IMG/VR virus record: IMGVR_UViG_3300044981_000022
Coordinates: 64,001 to 118,838 of that record
Source: a virus
Lineage: Duplodnaviria; Heunggongvirae; Uroviricota; Caudoviricetes
Reading direction: 5' to 3' (one strand)
Length of the DNA stretch: 54,838 nt
Every line of letters begins with the position of its first letter. The stretch's first letter is position 1. Shown in pieces: positions 25,058 to 34,674 of this stretch. The position numbers were made by a program, and so were the translations under genes. The notes beneath the pieces are model-generated. The model was not told where the DNA came from. It did not search any database and worked only from the letters and a program-made list of their open reading frames with translations.

Positions 25058-27421
25058 ATGGCAGGCTCACCAACACCGTCAGCAGCAAACGTAGGAAATA
25101 TACTGACGGCACAGTCGATTCTTTTTGATAAGGAATTGATTCCGAACCTTTTCTAATCTTGGGGTTCGTTAAATTTTCTCTGATTGACTCGAACGCTGAA
25201 ATGCAAACGAGGCGGAACTCTTAATCGAGACCGTGAGAGACTAAGCGAGAAAACGTCGAGAGACGATGCAATAGTCCGAACATTACAGAAACAGAAACTG
25301 TAAGAGATTAGCAGAAATGACTAATCCTCAATTGAGTAACAGTCCCGCAAGGGAGAGACGGATGCATTCGTAGTAGCGGCTGAGAAGCGTGTTCAGCCGA
25401 ATAACACTGGTATCAATCGTCAGTTCTTTCAGTACAACACACTGACAGGAGATATCACACAGGCGTCTGATGGTGTCGTAGGTTCACCAGAATTCGTAGG
25501 ACAGATCAGCGCACCTGCTCAACTTGGAGAGTGGAAAAACTAATTGTTCCACTATAAATTTAGTTATATCAAATTACATCTCATTGTGGTATAGTGAGAC
25601 GAGTTTGAGGAAACCTTAATGGAAAAGAAAGCGTGGCCGTATGTGGCCGGAATGCTAGATGCAGAAGGTACGATTCAGATTGCCGTGGACAAACGTCCAA
25701 ACGGAATTATCGGAACGTCCCTTCAGGTCATAATCTCTAATACTGACATTAAACTTATGAAGTGGCTATCGTCTAACTTTGGTGGGAAGTTTTACCGAAG
25801 AAAGAATCAAAGAGGATTTTCAACAAAAGATTCTCCTGATATCTATTTTTGGTTTGTGCTCGGTAAGCAAAATCAAGAAGCATTTCTTTTAGGAATTTTT
25901 CCCTATCTAGTGGCGAAAAAACAAGAGGCTGTTTTAGCTCTCGAATTCATTCGTTTAGTGGGTTGGAATAAAGAAAGAAGACTTCAGATAGCAGATGAAA
26001 TTAAATCTGCTAAGGTTAGAGATATAGATAAAGATAGGCAGACAAATTTAGTAAGATTTACTCCTGCCGAAGAATCAGCATATGCTGCCGGTATCTTCGA
26101 TGGAGACGGATCGATAGGTCAAAGTATAGAGCTAACACAGAAGAGATTGATTCTCATGCGTTGGTTTTTAATGTGCTTTGGGGGTCGATTCGACCAACGT
26201 TCTATGAACGGCGGAAAGATTTACTTCAGATGGCGATTATCAGGTAAGAAGAATAAGAAATTGTTTCTTCTAGACCTGATTCCGCACTTGCTTCTCAAAA
26301 AAGAGAAAGCAAAACAATTGCTTGCTTTAATATGCATCAATAAAGGTTCCGCAACGACTGACATACTAAATACCTAGAAATAGGCGAAGACACAGTCTGA
26401 ACATTACTGGTGACAGTAAGAGCGAATCTATAGAGATATAGAATTCCATAAACACATTGCAACTATACGAACTTCAGTTCGTTCGTTATCGCTTCGGCGT
26501 TGGACGACTTGGTAGGTAACAGTGCAGTTGAACTAGGATACCAAGCAGGGCAGAGCATTTCAGAGTTGTATAGCGCGGTAGCAGATAGTGCAGGTTTGGC
26601 TGCTGTGGACACACAGGTTAACCAGTCAGCTTTGCTATCAACACCGTTCACACTAGATTTGGCAACAATCCGTGAATTGAAGCAGCAGCTTGTTTCAAAG
26701 AACGTTTTGCCGAATCGTAACGGACGTTTTGCTGGAGTTATTTCACCTAACGTGTTGGGCGACATCTTCAATTCAACGACAGTGAACAACTCAATCGTTG
26801 ATTTGTGGAAGTTCAGCAACATGGAAAAGTTCGACAAGATGGCTGGCGCAGACCAGAAGATGGACATCGAACTTCCGGGTACAAACATTGTGCTTCGTCA
26901 GACACCGTTTGTAACAACAACAGCAAACTACAGCGGCAGCGGTAAAGTAGCTTACCGTACTTACGTATTCGGACAGTACGCTTTGATCGGCGTATGGCAA
27001 CAGGTTCCGGGCGATACAGATTTGGGTGACGGAGATTGGAGAACAATCGATTGTAAGGTAGTCGAGAACGCTCCGATGTCAGCATTCGATCCAGTAGGTA
27101 CCATAGGCGGCTGGTGTTCTTATAAATTTCATTAAAATCGGCTGGTGAAATTAAAATTCTCTTTGATTGACTCGAACGGTGAGATTCCCAACGAGGCGCA
27201 AGCGAAAGCAGCGTGAACGACTAAGTAAGAGAACACCGAAAGGTGATGCAATAGTCTGAGCAACTAAGGAAATGAACTTAGTGAGGTTGACAGAAATGTA
27301 TCAACCCTGTGAAAACAGTAACAAAGTAAGAAGCGATTTGCAGACCGTATCGCTTCCTCCGGCCCGTGGCGCAAATACTCAGAGAATGAGATATTTGGAC
27401 AGCGTACCGGCCATCCAGTAG
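25058..27421 (+). CDS. Major capsid protein, spliced: exons 25058-25149, 25348-25536, 26460-27132, 27341-27421 (344 aa)
   Basis: Exons total 1035 nt and join in frame: ...ELIPNL|KGETDAF...QLGEWN|NYTNFSS...WCSYKFH|QTVSLPP...AIQ*. Position after the scaffold and EW..Y..FS motif resemble N4-gp56-type MCPs. Confidence 0.85.
25150..25347 (+). ncRNA. Group I intron 1 of MCP (198 nt, no ORF)
   Basis: P1 exon GAACCT/IGS GGGTTC with U-G at the splice site; P10 CAAG/CTTG; P3 TTTTCTC/GAGAAAA; P7 GACTA/TAGTC; terminal G. Confidence 0.88.
25537..26459 (+). mobile_element. Group I intron 2 of MCP carrying a LAGLIDADG endonuclease
   Basis: P1 AGTGGAA/TTCCACT; P3 TTTAGT/ACTAAA; GCAACGACTG...GAAGACACAGTCTGAAC core (P7 GACTG/CAGTC); terminal G26459; the 5' boundary is uncertain by 1 nt. 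Confidence 0.82.
25619..26377 (+). CDS. Double-motif LAGLIDADG homing endonuclease (intron-encoded)
   Basis: YVAGMLDAEGTIQI and YAAGIFDGDGSI motifs. Confidence 0.9.
   Translation: MEKKAWPYVAGMLDAEGTIQIAVDKRPNGIIGTSLQVIISNTDIKLMKWLSSNFGGKFYRRKNQRGFSTKDSPDIYFWFVLGKQNQEAFLLGIFPYLVAKKQEAVLALEFIRLVGWNKERRLQIADEIKSAKVRDIDKDRQTNLVRFTPAEESAYAAGIFDGDGSIGQSIELTQKRLILMRWFLMCFGGRFDQRSMNGGKIYFRWRLSGKKNKKLFLLDLIPHLLLKKEKAKQLLALICINKGSATTDILNT
27133..27340 (+). ncRNA. Group I intron 3 of MCP (208 nt, no ORF)
   Basis: P1 exon AATTTCAT/IGS GTGAAATT with U-G; P10 CAG/CTG; core nearly identical to intron 1 (TGATTGACTCGAACG...ACGAGGCG...GACTAAG...GATGCAATAGTC); terminal G. Confidence 0.88.
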
Positions 27422-27454
27422 TTTTATAATAACTCTTTCCACAGGCTTATAATC

Positions 27455-27465
27455 TGTGGTATACT
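27455..27465 (+). promoter_or_regulatory. Extended -10 promoter candidate (TG-G-TATACT)
   Basis: TGTGGTATACT upstream of the GIY-YIG gene; near-identical TGTGGTATAGT at 25585-25595 upstream of the LAGLIDADG ORF. Confidence 0.5.
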
Positions 27466-27470
27466 AATCA

Positions 27471-27509
27471 GGGGTGCGCCTCGAACGCATCCCAGATTCT
27501 ATTTCGAGG
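27471..27509 (+). promoter_or_regulatory. Predicted H-type pseudoknot covering the RBS of the GIY-YIG gene
   Basis: Stem GGGTGCG/CGCATCC; loop CCTCGAA is complementary to TTCGAGG (27503-27509), which contains the GAGG RBS of ATG 27516. Confidence 0.7.
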
Positions 27510-27515
27510 ATAGTA

Positions 27516-28055
27516 ATGTTAATTTATCTAGTAATAAACAAGATTAATGGGAAGAAGTATGTCGGTCAAACATCGCAAGAATTATATAAACGGCGGAAAC
27601 GACATCAACGTCCTTTTTCGCATCGTAGGCCATCCTATCTTTATAACGCTATTCAGAAATACGGCGTAGAGAATTTTGATATCAAAACTCTTATCATTGT
27701 CGGTAGCAAAGAAGAAATGGATTATTATGAACAGAAGCTTATCAAACTTTGGGATTTAAGAAACTCAGAAAAAGGTTACAACTTAACAGACGGCGGCGGA
27801 GGAATGTTAGGTTTTAAATTGTCTGAAGAGACAAAGCAGAAGATGTCCGAGCATGTTAAATCCGCAGAACATTGTAAGAGAATTTCTAAATCTAAAATGG
27901 GAAACAAATCTCACTTAGGTTTAAAGCATTCTGAAGAAACAAAGAGACTTATGTCCGAAAGGGCAAAAGGTCGAAAATTTTCAGAAGAACATAAAAAGAA
28001 TTTGTCTTTGGCGCAACAGCGTCGAAGAGAAAGGACTGTATCGGCTCATGCCTGA
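27516..28055 (+). CDS. Free-standing GIY-YIG homing endonuclease with NUMOD3 repeats
   Basis: MLIYLVINKINGKKYVGQT; GYNLTDGG; LSEETKQKMS and HSEETKRLMS repeats. Confidence 0.92.
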   Translation: MLIYLVINKINGKKYVGQTSQELYKRRKRHQRPFSHRRPSYLYNAIQKYGVENFDIKTLIIVGSKEEMDYYEQKLIKLWDLRNSEKGYNLTDGGGGMLGFKLSEETKQKMSEHVKSAEHCKRISKSKMGNKSHLGLKHSEETKRLMSERAKGRKFSEEHKKNLSLAQQRRRERTVSAHA

Positions 28056-28698
28056 AAATAAAAACTTAGGAGTACAGACTCTTGACAAGCCTTGGGAGGC
28101 TCGCCACGATCTGTCCGTAACGAGAGAGACAATAAAAAGACTTCTCGCAGGCGGCACGCCCCAATGGGCGAAACACCCCTCGGATTTTAAAGCTATGGCA
28201 CGCGAAAGTTACTTAGCTGATAAAGAGATATCCGAAAGGATGACTCGTCGTTACCGAATAGGTCGCCAAGAGGATTTGTTGAATGAGCAAGCTCGCAAGG
28301 TGAATCCGATAAGGACACGAGACTTTATCGAAAAGTTACGAAAATCGGGTGTTAAATGCTACACAATCGACAACGCGCTACCCGGCACGGTTGGATTGTG
28401 GGCCTTCAAGCCAGGAACAGATAAAGTCGTACCAGTGGCATATCTGCAAGTGCCTGCTATGTACGAATTTAGCGTTCTTCGATTAGACAAGCGCGGACTC
28501 CCGGCAGGGGAATCTTTCCGTGGCTGGCGAGTTATCGAGACACAGTTGATTCAAAAAGGAATCATATCTGAGGCGCAAGCTCATAAGATATTTGGCTATC
28601 CGGTTGACGGACCTGTTAGCTATATATTCAGACGTGATCTGTTTTGGTTCCGCAATCGGCGTGAACTACAAGCTACTCCTGAAGAAATCGAACTATAG
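28048..28698 (+). CDS. Hypothetical protein
   Basis: 216-aa ORF overlapping the previous stop. Confidence 0.65.
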   Translation: MPENKNLGVQTLDKPWEARHDLSVTRETIKRLLAGGTPQWAKHPSDFKAMARESYLADKEISERMTRRYRIGRQEDLLNEQARKVNPIRTRDFIEKLRKSGVKCYTIDNALPGTVGLWAFKPGTDKVVPVAYLQVPAMYEFSVLRLDKRGLPAGESFRGWRVIETQLIQKGIISEAQAHKIFGYPVDGPVSYIFRRDLFWFRNRRELQATPEEIEL

Positions 28699-28762
28699 AC
28701 GCCAGTCTAGATGTTCGTCGCCTGTGGCGTATAAAACAAACCGAGTTGTACTCGGAGGATAA

Positions 28763-29302
28763 ATGGCAGACATACTACAGGGGCAATTAACCCCCAAATC
28801 TTCAGCGGTGTCTGAAGAACAAGCCATTCTACGAACACTAGTTCAGTTGATGGTTGAAGAGCGACAAGAAGCACTAAATGAGAGAAAAGCGAAGCTTGAG
28901 AGTTTTCGTGAGAAGGAACGTCAGCGTCAAATAAACGCTGAGTATCAACGAAAAGAAAACGAACGAAAGCAAGAACTTTGTACTCATAAGAAGGGCGGCA
29001 AAGGTCTTAAAGGTCCGAAGGTGGATTACGCACTCGGGTTCCATACTTTCTCTGATGCATCGAGTTACATTCGTTGCTTGATATGCGGAGCTAAGTGGAA
29101 GAATCAGGACACCGACGAATATCTAGTACGACGTGGAGAGAGAATCCCGAATCCGACAGGAATCGGCTGGAAGCGTGCGTATGCGATGTTAGGTGAGAGT
29201 TCTAACACTCCGACTTCATCTGAGGTTCAATTGAAGACCAGTATTCCTGTTGCTCCGGCGCAGGAAGATTTCAAAGCTAACCCTCGTGCAGTAGAAATTT
29301 AA
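28763..29302 (+). CDS. Hypothetical protein (coiled coil + Cys/His motif)
   Basis: GGAGG RBS; CTHKKGG...RCLICG. Confidence 0.65.
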   Translation: MADILQGQLTPKSSAVSEEQAILRTLVQLMVEERQEALNERKAKLESFREKERQRQINAEYQRKENERKQELCTHKKGGKGLKGPKVDYALGFHTFSDASSYIRCLICGAKWKNQDTDEYLVRRGERIPNPTGIGWKRAYAMLGESSNTPTSSEVQLKTSIPVAPAQEDFKANPRAVEI

Positions 29303-29455
29303 CTAGCCGATTTGTGGCTATCCGGCACGGCGGACTATATCCCAGACTCCGTAGCAATTCTGGGTAAATTTTGAGATATAGATGATCTTTTTATCCCACC
29401 TAATTTATTTCCCTATTCAAATTACTGCGCTGTTATCTATATCTGCGGAGATTAA

Positions 29456-32374
29456 ATGTCAATAAATACCCCGACTAAGAATACAACTATTGGTAACTTT
29501 AAGACGCCCATAGGTTTGGACTACGACATCTTCCAGACATTCGATGAGAAAGGTGCGCTAAGTCTTGCGATGGATTATCAGGGTATCATATCCGGGTATA
29601 ACGCTGGTGTCGGGAATATAGTCTTTAGTGGAGTTCCCACAGGTACATGTCAACCTGCTCAAACTGCGGTGAATAGCTCTAACGGGGCTTTTTATGATTG
29701 TATCGGTGGGACGTGGACTTTAATCTCCGGATCGGGTGGTTTGGTCAGTCCTGTTGTAACTCCGAATCCTCTAGCATTCGATATCAGTCTTAATTTTAAA
29801 GGACCGAATCCCTGGGTAGACGTTACTAGATACGGTGTAAGAGCGCCAGGTCCTGTGACATCTACTCCTGTTTCTTTGGGACTGACAGCGAATATTAATT
29901 CCGGATCGGCAGCAGCTACGATATCATCGGCAAGTAGTTTTATAAATGGGGACGGAGTTGTAATCTACGGTGCGGGTACAACTCACTCTATGACAACACC
30001 TGCCGGAGTAACAGTTACGCCTTCGGTTGCGGCAGCGGGAACCGGAACAGGTATTGTCGTTAACGCTCCGGCGGGAAGTACAACATATAATTATCAGGTT
30101 ATCGCTCGAAATAAGACAGGTGGACTAACAGCGGCAAGTACAGTCGCAACTACGACTACTGGAGCGGCTAGTTTAGGTCGTCAATCTGTAAATATCTCTA
30201 CGCTATCTCGTTCTACAAACATAACCACGGTTGTAACTTCAACTGCGCACACTCTGTCTATCGGATCAATGGTTTATATCTCAACAACTTCAGATGATAC
30301 CGATTTCGGAGGGTGGTTCGTTGTTGCGACTGTTCCGGATAACACCCATTTTACTCTTCTAAGCGGATTAGATACCCGTAACGGGGCAGTGGCTTCTGCG
30401 ACAGGTGGAACCGCTGTATGGTTTAATTGTAATCACATTACTTGGACTCAAGTTACAGGTGCATTTCAATATCACATTTATGGAAGAACGGGTGGTACTT
30501 TAACTTGGTTAGGATGCAGTAGGCTGTCATCTGTAACAGGTGGTTTAGTGGATTTAACGTTTGATGACTTCGGTTCCCCGATGATGGATAATTTCAAGCA
30601 GCCGGGTTTGATTCCTAGTTCTCCTCCTGTTTCGGCTACGAGTAATAGTTTATCGACAACAATTGTGTCCGGAGCAGGAACTACGTCATTGGTTTTGGCT
30701 AATACAGCATCTACTAGTGTATCAGGAGCAACAATTCGTTTTGATAACACACCGAATATTTTAGCTGCGGCAAATGCAACTACTAATCCAGATAATAAGT
30801 CATCATTGTTATATTTTCCTTTTTCAACAACTGGTCAACCGTATCCTATAAATTCATATCTAGCTCTTCCCGCCCATTTATCGGTATCTTTGACAACTGG
30901 ATTGTATGTTAACGATACAATAGAAGTAGCGCAAGGCTCTTCATGGTCCGGAGATGTTATTCCCCAAGGGCTTAACCCACCTTCGTTTGGTCAAAACGGT
31001 TGGCCGATAATCGGGATAAATGAAGCTAATCCTGGAATGTATATACCGTTTAATGTTATTTCATATTGGAAAGGTTTGACATTTTTAGGTCAAGGGTTAT
31101 TGAATGGGGGCTTGTTAGTATTTGGAGACCAAGTTACTCCTATTACATTTGAGGACGTTAATTTTATTGAAAGTACAAGTAGCACTTCGTATATGGGAAT
31201 AGGATTGATTCTTCGTGGAGACACGGTAGGATCGAACAATTCTAGTTTTGTCAATATGTTTAGAAATGTTCTATTTTCTGGCGGTCCTACACAATCAAAT
31301 GGTGCGTGTGCCACACCATATATGTACTGCAATGGCTGTGGTTTGACCTCATTCAATAGATTGAATTTGAGTGTTCGAGGAATATTCTTCCGTCCTGTAG
31401 GCGCGGGAGGAGACTTGGAGATTGATACAGGCCGTCAGCAAGGTGGTTTGATGCCCACGATTATGTACTGTAATACTTCTGGTAATTCATCGATTACATC
31501 TAATGCAATTAGACATTTTGAGCAAGATACCACAGCCCATCCTATTTTTGCTAATATGTCCGGAGAAGCATCGTTGTTGTATTTAGAGGGAGCAGGATAT
31601 CCAGGATTAGTTTCCGGAGCCGATTCCGGTCTTGTTACAGGCCAGCCTATGCCGAATATCTCTGGTATGAATGTTATACCTAATGGTTTTACCGGGCAGA
31701 ATGTAAGAATTGATGCGTCAATATACGGTACTGCTATTGATGGAGTATTTAATTCTACGGGAGTCGGGACAGCTAATTATGCTTATTCTAGTCACCAATT
31801 TAATTGCGGATTAAATATCGGAAAAGGATATTCTATATTTGCCACTGGCCCGACTCCTGCCGCTCCTACTGCTAGTGTAAGTTCGGGAGGTGGAGTTTCT
31901 GTTGGTACGCACACTTATCAAGTTGTCCCTGTTTGGGCAAACGGAGCGGAAGGAGTATTATCTCCCTCATCGAATTCAGTAACTACTACAACCGGAAATC
32001 AAACTGTAACAGTAACATGGTCCGCTATTACACCTGCGCCGATAGGTTACGATGTTTATCAGGACGGGCAATTGGTATCTATGGGTGTAGGAAATTGCAC
32101 AACTATCCCTCAATATACAGGAACCAGTGCGGTTATTACAAACATTGTATGCGGTCCATCTACATCGGTTCCGGCTGGCGGTCCGACTATTCTTAATGTT
32201 AACGGATTGTTCTCTCCTGCGCTGACGTTATCTCCTGTTCTGTTTGCTAATTTAGGAACTCCAAATAACGGGACTTTTTATTATTGTCCGGATTGCGCTG
32301 TTGCTAATCCATGCGCTGGAAGCGGAACAGGAGCATTTGCAAAACGTTTGAATGGAACTTGGATATGTAACTAA
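29456..32374 (+). CDS. Tail spike/fibre-like receptor-binding protein
   Basis: 972 aa; PWVDVTRYG tailspike-type start, FN3-like YNYQVIA and YQVVPV modules, central beta-helix-like region. Confidence 0.65.
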   Translation: MSINTPTKNTTIGNFKTPIGLDYDIFQTFDEKGALSLAMDYQGIISGYNAGVGNIVFSGVPTGTCQPAQTAVNSSNGAFYDCIGGTWTLISGSGGLVSPVVTPNPLAFDISLNFKGPNPWVDVTRYGVRAPGPVTSTPVSLGLTANINSGSAAATISSASSFINGDGVVIYGAGTTHSMTTPAGVTVTPSVAAAGTGTGIVVNAPAGSTTYNYQVIARNKTGGLTAASTVATTTTGAASLGRQSVNISTLSRSTNITTVVTSTAHTLSIGSMVYISTTSDDTDFGGWFVVATVPDNTHFTLLSGLDTRNGAVASATGGTAVWFNCNHITWTQVTGAFQYHIYGRTGGTLTWLGCSRLSSVTGGLVDLTFDDFGSPMMDNFKQPGLIPSSPPVSATSNSLSTTIVSGAGTTSLVLANTASTSVSGATIRFDNTPNILAAANATTNPDNKSSLLYFPFSTTGQPYPINSYLALPAHLSVSLTTGLYVNDTIEVAQGSSWSGDVIPQGLNPPSFGQNGWPIIGINEANPGMYIPFNVISYWKGLTFLGQGLLNGGLLVFGDQVTPITFEDVNFIESTSSTSYMGIGLILRGDTVGSNNSSFVNMFRNVLFSGGPTQSNGACATPYMYCNGCGLTSFNRLNLSVRGIFFRPVGAGGDLEIDTGRQQGGLMPTIMYCNTSGNSSITSNAIRHFEQDTTAHPIFANMSGEASLLYLEGAGYPGLVSGADSGLVTGQPMPNISGMNVIPNGFTGQNVRIDASIYGTAIDGVFNSTGVGTANYAYSSHQFNCGLNIGKGYSIFATGPTPAAPTASVSSGGGVSVGTHTYQVVPVWANGAEGVLSPSSNSVTTTTGNQTVTVTWSAITPAPIGYDVYQDGQLVSMGVGNCTTIPQYTGTSAVITNIVCGPSTSVPAGGPTILNVNGLFSPALTLSPVLFANLGTPNNGTFYYCPDCAVANPCAGSGTGAFAKRLNGTWICN

Positions 32375-32383
32375 GAAAATAAT

Positions 32384-33220
32384 ATGGCAATAACTTTTGT
32401 ACAATACGCTCAACCGATAGCATTAAGTGGAGCGTCAGTAACTGTTGCTAATGGTTTAGGAGATTTATTAGTGGCCGTTGTAAGAAGTAACGGTTCTAAT
32501 CTCTCTATTTCTGACACTGCGGGAAACGTTTGGGTTCCTATAAAAACCTCTTCCGGGTCAACTAATAAACTTATTGCGTATGTTTCGAGTGCAAAGTTAT
32601 CTGCTTCGAATGTTATATCCAGGGTAGCTACGGGAGAGACCTTCGGAGATATTATGTTTGTTGAGTACTCCGGTTTTGGAGGGCCAGCAATAGTCGATCA
32701 AAGTTCGGTGGCAACAGGAAGTAGTACCGCTCCTTCGGTTGGTCCGGTTTCTACAACAAGTGTTATAGAATTAATATTAGGGGCCGGATTAAACGATTCA
32801 ACAGGTGCTCATACAGATACAGCAGGTTCGGGCTATACACTTCGTTCCCCATCTTCTCAAACAATCAATACAGGAACATTAGAGGACCAGGTATCGTCAG
32901 TTACAGGAAGTTTTTCAGCTACTGCCACCTACGGGTCTTCAGTAGCTTGGACATGGTTTATTGCTACGTTTGCCGCTTCGAGTGCTTATAGTGTTCCTGA
33001 TTGCCGTAATTCATATTGCGGACTAGTTCCGACAACGAACGTATATCCTAATGGCAGTGTTAACGTTCAAGGCACATTGACTTATACAGTAGAGACAAGT
33101 AACAATCCAGCAATTCCTCCTGTGGATAGTCGTACCGCAGGTGCTCCTGTTGATAGCAGGGTTTCTCCAAACATTCCACAAAATTCTAGAACTCCGGGCG
33201 TATTCGGCCCAGGTGAATAA
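32384..33220 (+). CDS. Probable virion fibre/decoration protein
   Basis: MAITFVQ...GDLLVAVV...SDTAGNVW module similar to ORF 9114. Confidence 0.55.
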   Translation: MAITFVQYAQPIALSGASVTVANGLGDLLVAVVRSNGSNLSISDTAGNVWVPIKTSSGSTNKLIAYVSSAKLSASNVISRVATGETFGDIMFVEYSGFGGPAIVDQSSVATGSSTAPSVGPVSTTSVIELILGAGLNDSTGAHTDTAGSGYTLRSPSSQTINTGTLEDQVSSVTGSFSATATYGSSVAWTWFIATFAASSAYSVPDCRNSYCGLVPTTNVYPNGSVNVQGTLTYTVETSNNPAIPPVDSRTAGAPVDSRVSPNIPQNSRTPGVFGPGE

Positions 33221-34305
33221 TGGCTAACTCACAATCGACAATTACACTCCAGCAGATGTTGGATAAGGTTCTTCCATTAGGTGATGTTAATCCTGTTCTA
33301 GCCAATGTTGCAGGTTATCAGCTTGAGCCTTATATTACTATCTGCGAAGATGTTTATTCTGATATCGTAGGTACAGCATTTCCGCATCCTTGGAATCAAC
33401 TTAAGTTACCACTGTTTTATTCAAACAGTTTTCAGCAAGATTATATTTTATTGAACCCAAATGGTACATCGGTTTTTAATGTCGAATGGTTAGAACGTGG
33501 GATTGTTGTTGAAATGACTAGTACCGCCCTTCCTAAGCCTTGGGGATATGTAGAGTGCGGACGATCACAGACTCAAGCAACAGGGACGCTGGTACAGCCA
33601 GGATTGTGGGGAAACAATCCGTTATTTACTGCGAACCGAATCTATAATTATATGCAGTATACCGGAACTTGGGGCGCTACTTTAACTGGCACGCCTAGCT
33701 TAGGAAACGACCCCGGCCCAGGTTCAGTTTATACTAGCCCATTACAAGCAAACTCCCAAGCAGCAAATCCTATTACTCAGATTACAGATACAAACGGAAA
33801 TATTCAAGTTGTTACAACCTACGGCACAACCGGTTTGGTACAACCGACATGGCCCGCCGCAAATGCTGCGCCGGGGACAACAACTACAGATGGTACGGTT
33901 GTCTGGACTGTAGCCGATCCACAAGGAATCGGAATTAGAATTCTTCCAGTTGCTAGTCAAACCGGAGTCGTCTTTCAATTTAATTTAATCGGTCAGATGC
34001 CAGCAATTCAATTTACATCGTTGAGCCAAACATTTTCGCCGTTCCCAGATAAGTATTCATCATATTTCCGTCAGGGAATTATTGCACAGTGTTATCGATA
34101 CAATCCCGATCCGAAAGTTCGTGCAAAGTATCCGCAAGAATATGCAACTTGGATTAAGAGTTTGAATGATTTGCGTGCTACGCAAGATCGTGAATTAGAA
34201 GAGTACGAATTTACTCTAGAACGCGGAATCATGGGTGCCGGTGGTTCTAATAGTGTAAATAACTGGTTAGGTCCAGCGTGGCCGTTTATGGGACAACCGT
34301 TTTAA
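33220..34305 (+). CDS. Probable head-tail adaptor with an inserted TTTDGTVVW module
   Basis: TITLQQMLD N-terminus; helical C-terminus; position before the nozzle-like gene. Confidence 0.5.
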   Translation: MANSQSTITLQQMLDKVLPLGDVNPVLANVAGYQLEPYITICEDVYSDIVGTAFPHPWNQLKLPLFYSNSFQQDYILLNPNGTSVFNVEWLERGIVVEMTSTALPKPWGYVECGRSQTQATGTLVQPGLWGNNPLFTANRIYNYMQYTGTWGATLTGTPSLGNDPGPGSVYTSPLQANSQAANPITQITDTNGNIQVVTTYGTTGLVQPTWPAANAAPGTTTTDGTVVWTVADPQGIGIRILPVASQTGVVFQFNLIGQMPAIQFTSLSQTFSPFPDKYSSYFRQGIIAQCYRYNPDPKVRAKYPQEYATWIKSLNDLRATQDRELEEYEFTLERGIMGAGGSNSVNNWLGPAWPFMGQPF

Positions 34306-34308
34306 TTT

Positions 34309-34560
34309 ATGATTCAAACTGAACAACAGCATATTTGTGATGTTCATAGAATTTTAGATTACGACTGCGAACTAAGAACATGTTTTTATTGCAGTTTATG
34401 TGACGCATGGATTTGTCAACAAGATTCTAATAGATGGAACCGACGATTACATGCGGCTCTAAAAAGAAAATTAGAGCCGGGGTATCGTGGAGACCCGAAT
34501 TACAATACAGGAGAAACAAATGTCAGCAACGGGATTACAATGCAGGGAACAAATAGTTAA
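34309..34560 (+). CDS. Small Cys-rich hypothetical protein
   Basis: CDVH...CFYCSLCDAWIC. Confidence 0.5.
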   Translation: MIQTEQQHICDVHRILDYDCELRTCFYCSLCDAWICQQDSNRWNRRLHAALKRKLEPGYRGDPNYNTGETNVSNGITMQGTNS

Positions 34561-34674
34561 CTTCTTACTTCAGCAAATCGATGTCTACGAAAAAGAAGTT
34601 ATCGAATTACAAAAGCAGATCACCGATCTTAGGAAACAACTAGAGTCATCGTCTCAGAAACCTAGCGGAGCTTA

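Noticed and set aside
26500-27135. Stand-alone 211-aa capsid ORF as listed in the ORF track
   Set aside because: It is exon 3 plus a stop inside intron 3; it has no RBS and the frame continues via splice junctions on both sides.
27474-27515. GTG start of the GIY-YIG gene at 27474
   Set aside because: The extension coincides with the pseudoknot; ATG 27516 has a GAGG RBS and starts at the family's usual N-terminus.
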